Part shown: positions 38,106 through 39,186 of the stretch, in pieces
How positions within the stretch are numbered: position 1 is the first letter of the stretch
Layout: each line of letters begins with the position of its first letter
Virus record (IMG/VR): IMGVR_UViG_3300045988_093233
Coordinates: 1-39,186 of that record
Direction: 5' to 3' (one strand)
Length of the DNA stretch: 39,186 nucleotides
From: a virus
Program-made: the position numbers and the translations under genes
Notes under the pieces: generated by a model
Databases searched by the model: none
Told to the model about the DNA's origin: nothing
Seen by the model: the letters and a program-made list of their open reading frames with translations, nothing else

Positions 38106-38775
38106 TGTAAATCAACCCCTTTGCATACGGCAGCGTTTCAACCCATTTGCATAATTCACGCCATTCGTCAAGCTTGTGGTTGCAGCGAGACTTATAAATG
38201 TTCGCCAGAACCTCATAGTTCAGCATAACTGTCCGCTTCTGATTATAAGAGCTCGGCAGGAGCTGAATCATCTGCCACCAATATTTCTTGTCTTTAGTTT
38301 CAAGATATTTATCTCTTGCAACATTCATGGCAGAAATAATGTTATCCATGCAAACCATCCAATGCTGCTCGTCGCAATTGTCAAGGTGTTCTATACTGAA
38401 ATTTTCGCGTTCAAATCTTTTAGCATGAATCTTGTGCATAGTGGAGCAAGAGTTAGCAACCGTACCGACCTTGTATGTGTCAAACTCTTTCCACCAGTAC
38501 AGCGGAGCGGTGATATCCAAATACACGGTAATCATCCGCATGAACTTGCGGTGATCTGTACCGGCATTTCTAAGTTTTATCATGAGTTTGAGGTCATTTG
38601 GACCGATCATATAGTGGGGAATATCACAGTTGATATTGCACTCTGGAATCGCTGAACATTTTTTGTCGCCGCAACAATATCCACTATCACTCTTCTCCCA
38701 ACTGTTCATCGGATTCCTCATTCCTCTAATGGCTGCTTCCCATCCGAATACTTCTGTTTTTTCAATCTTAATCAC
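38086..38775 (-). CDS. ThyX-fold-like protein lacking the ThyX RHR...S.RY signature
   Basis: It is collinear by eye with ThyX: EAAIRGMRNP..S / DHRKFMRMITVYLDITAPLYWWKEFDTYKVGTVANSCSTMH / ...QLLPSSYNQKRTVMLNYEVLANIYKSR. The catalytic Arg motif is replaced. Confidence 0.4.
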   Translation of the reverse strand: MIKIEKTEVFGWEAAIRGMRNPMNSWEKSDSGYCCGDKKCSAIPECNINCDIPHYMIGPNDLKLMIKLRNAGTDHRKFMRMITVYLDITAPLYWWKEFDTYKVGTVANSCSTMHKIHAKRFERENFSIEHLDNCDEQHWMVCMDNIISAMNVARDKYLETKDKKYWWQMIQLLPSSYNQKRTVMLNYEVLANIYKSRCNHKLDEWRELCKWVETLPYAKGLIYNDTEKE

Positions 38776-38777
38776 AT

Positions 38778-39186
38778 CTACACCTCAATACCTGTAATTT
38801 CCTTGAATATCTTTGCATCAAAATTTGGAATATCTTGTACGATTTTTTTAGCCTCTTCCGACATCTCTCCCCACCAATTCGCCCATGCTTCTTTCATAGT
38901 GTATTCTTTCAGATAACCACAAATCATTTCTTTTTCTGGGTCAGCTTTCTTTTCTTCTTCTGTGTATGGAATCCATTCTGTCAGCATGAACGGAGCACTG
39001 CATAATGCTTCATAGTATCTGCTTCTGTAGAAATCTAGCAGGCTCATTCCGGACGGTCGATTGAATATTCTAATATTCATATCCGGCTCGGTACAAAACA
39101 CACCGTTAGAATCGTTGCCTGTGTTCCCGTAGCCTGTGTTCCTGTAGCCTGTGTTACAGTCGCCTGTGTTCCTGTAGCCTGTGTTA
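38778..39186 (-). CDS. C-terminal part of the junction-spanning NTGxx pentapeptide-repeat protein
   Basis: The frame is open to the window end (…NTGYRNTGDCNTGYRNTGYGNTGNDSNGVFCTEPD…). It is in frame with 1..382 once the 41-bp overlap is removed, giving 750 nt in total. Confidence 0.75.
   Translation of the reverse strand, partial: NTGYRNTGDCNTGYRNTGYGNTGNDSNGVFCTEPDMNIRIFNRPSGMSLLDFYRSRYYEALCSAPFMLTEWIPYTEEEKKADPEKEMICGYLKEYTMKEAWANWWGEMSEEAKKIVQDIPNFDAKIFKEITGIEV
39146..39186. repeat. Terminal direct overlap, copy 2 (identical to 1..41)
   Basis: Exact 41-nt identity with the window start. Confidence 0.9.

Larger units (their letters stand above)
1..39186. mobile_element. Complete temperate phage genome on a circular contig; podovirus-like structural module, Firmicutes-type host
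   Basis: Integrase plus attP, CI/Cro switch, recombination/replication, TerS/TerL/portal/scaffold/capsid/fibre and lysis modules are all present. Both window ends carry an identical 41 bp, and one ORF is in frame across the junction. Confidence 0.85.

Noticed and set aside
1-39186. Alternative genetic code or stop-codon reassignment.
   Set aside because: All large genes are uninterrupted under the standard code. Gene boundaries show normal stop/start coupling (ATGA, TAATG).

Overview
The window looks like a complete, circularly permuted temperate phage genome. Both ends carry the same 41 bp, giving a unit length of about 39,145 bp, and one ORF reads in frame across the junction. The host appears to be a low-GC Gram-positive (Clostridia/Firmicutes-type), judging by GGAGG ribosome-binding sites, a CHAP+SH3 endolysin, an LL-H-type holin, a G39P-like loader and a CI/ImmA pair. 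Almost everything is on the minus strand. An early operon runs from the CI/Cro switch (about 7.6 kb) down through recombination and replication genes (ERF, YqaJ exonuclease, SSB, RusA, replisome organizer with an internal ori, helicase loader). It then crosses the junction into a string of ATGA-coupled small genes (ThyX-like, Zn-ribbon proteins, two MazG/DUF1599-like proteins, an ArpU/RinA-like activator), ending at 34847. The late operon runs 31689 to 12699: TerS, TerL, portal, scaffold, P22-coat-like capsid, tail and fibre genes, a 1456-aa virion protein, endolysin and holins. A terminator-flanked moron cluster follows (12593-10561), then attP (tRNA 3' fragment plus arm-type repeats) and a plus-strand lysogeny module (CI, ImmA-like, secreted protein, integrase). 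The most interesting part is a 3.1-kb accessory island (31711-34846) between the end of the early operon and the start of the late operon. It holds an atypical tRNA-Tyr inside a GC-rich structured transcript. It also holds an opposite-strand cassette with acr-aca-like architecture (operator-bearing consensus promoter, acidic ORF, RHH regulator). Finally it holds a promoter-to-terminator ~205-nt RNA gene built from three hairpin modules, TGTCA-N12-TTGTGAGTAGAAAC, whose variable parts show strand-specific compensatory pairing. I read the island as a candidate mixed RNA/protein anti-defence locus. All protein calls rest on motifs recognised by eye, gene order and the ORF track; no database search was run.
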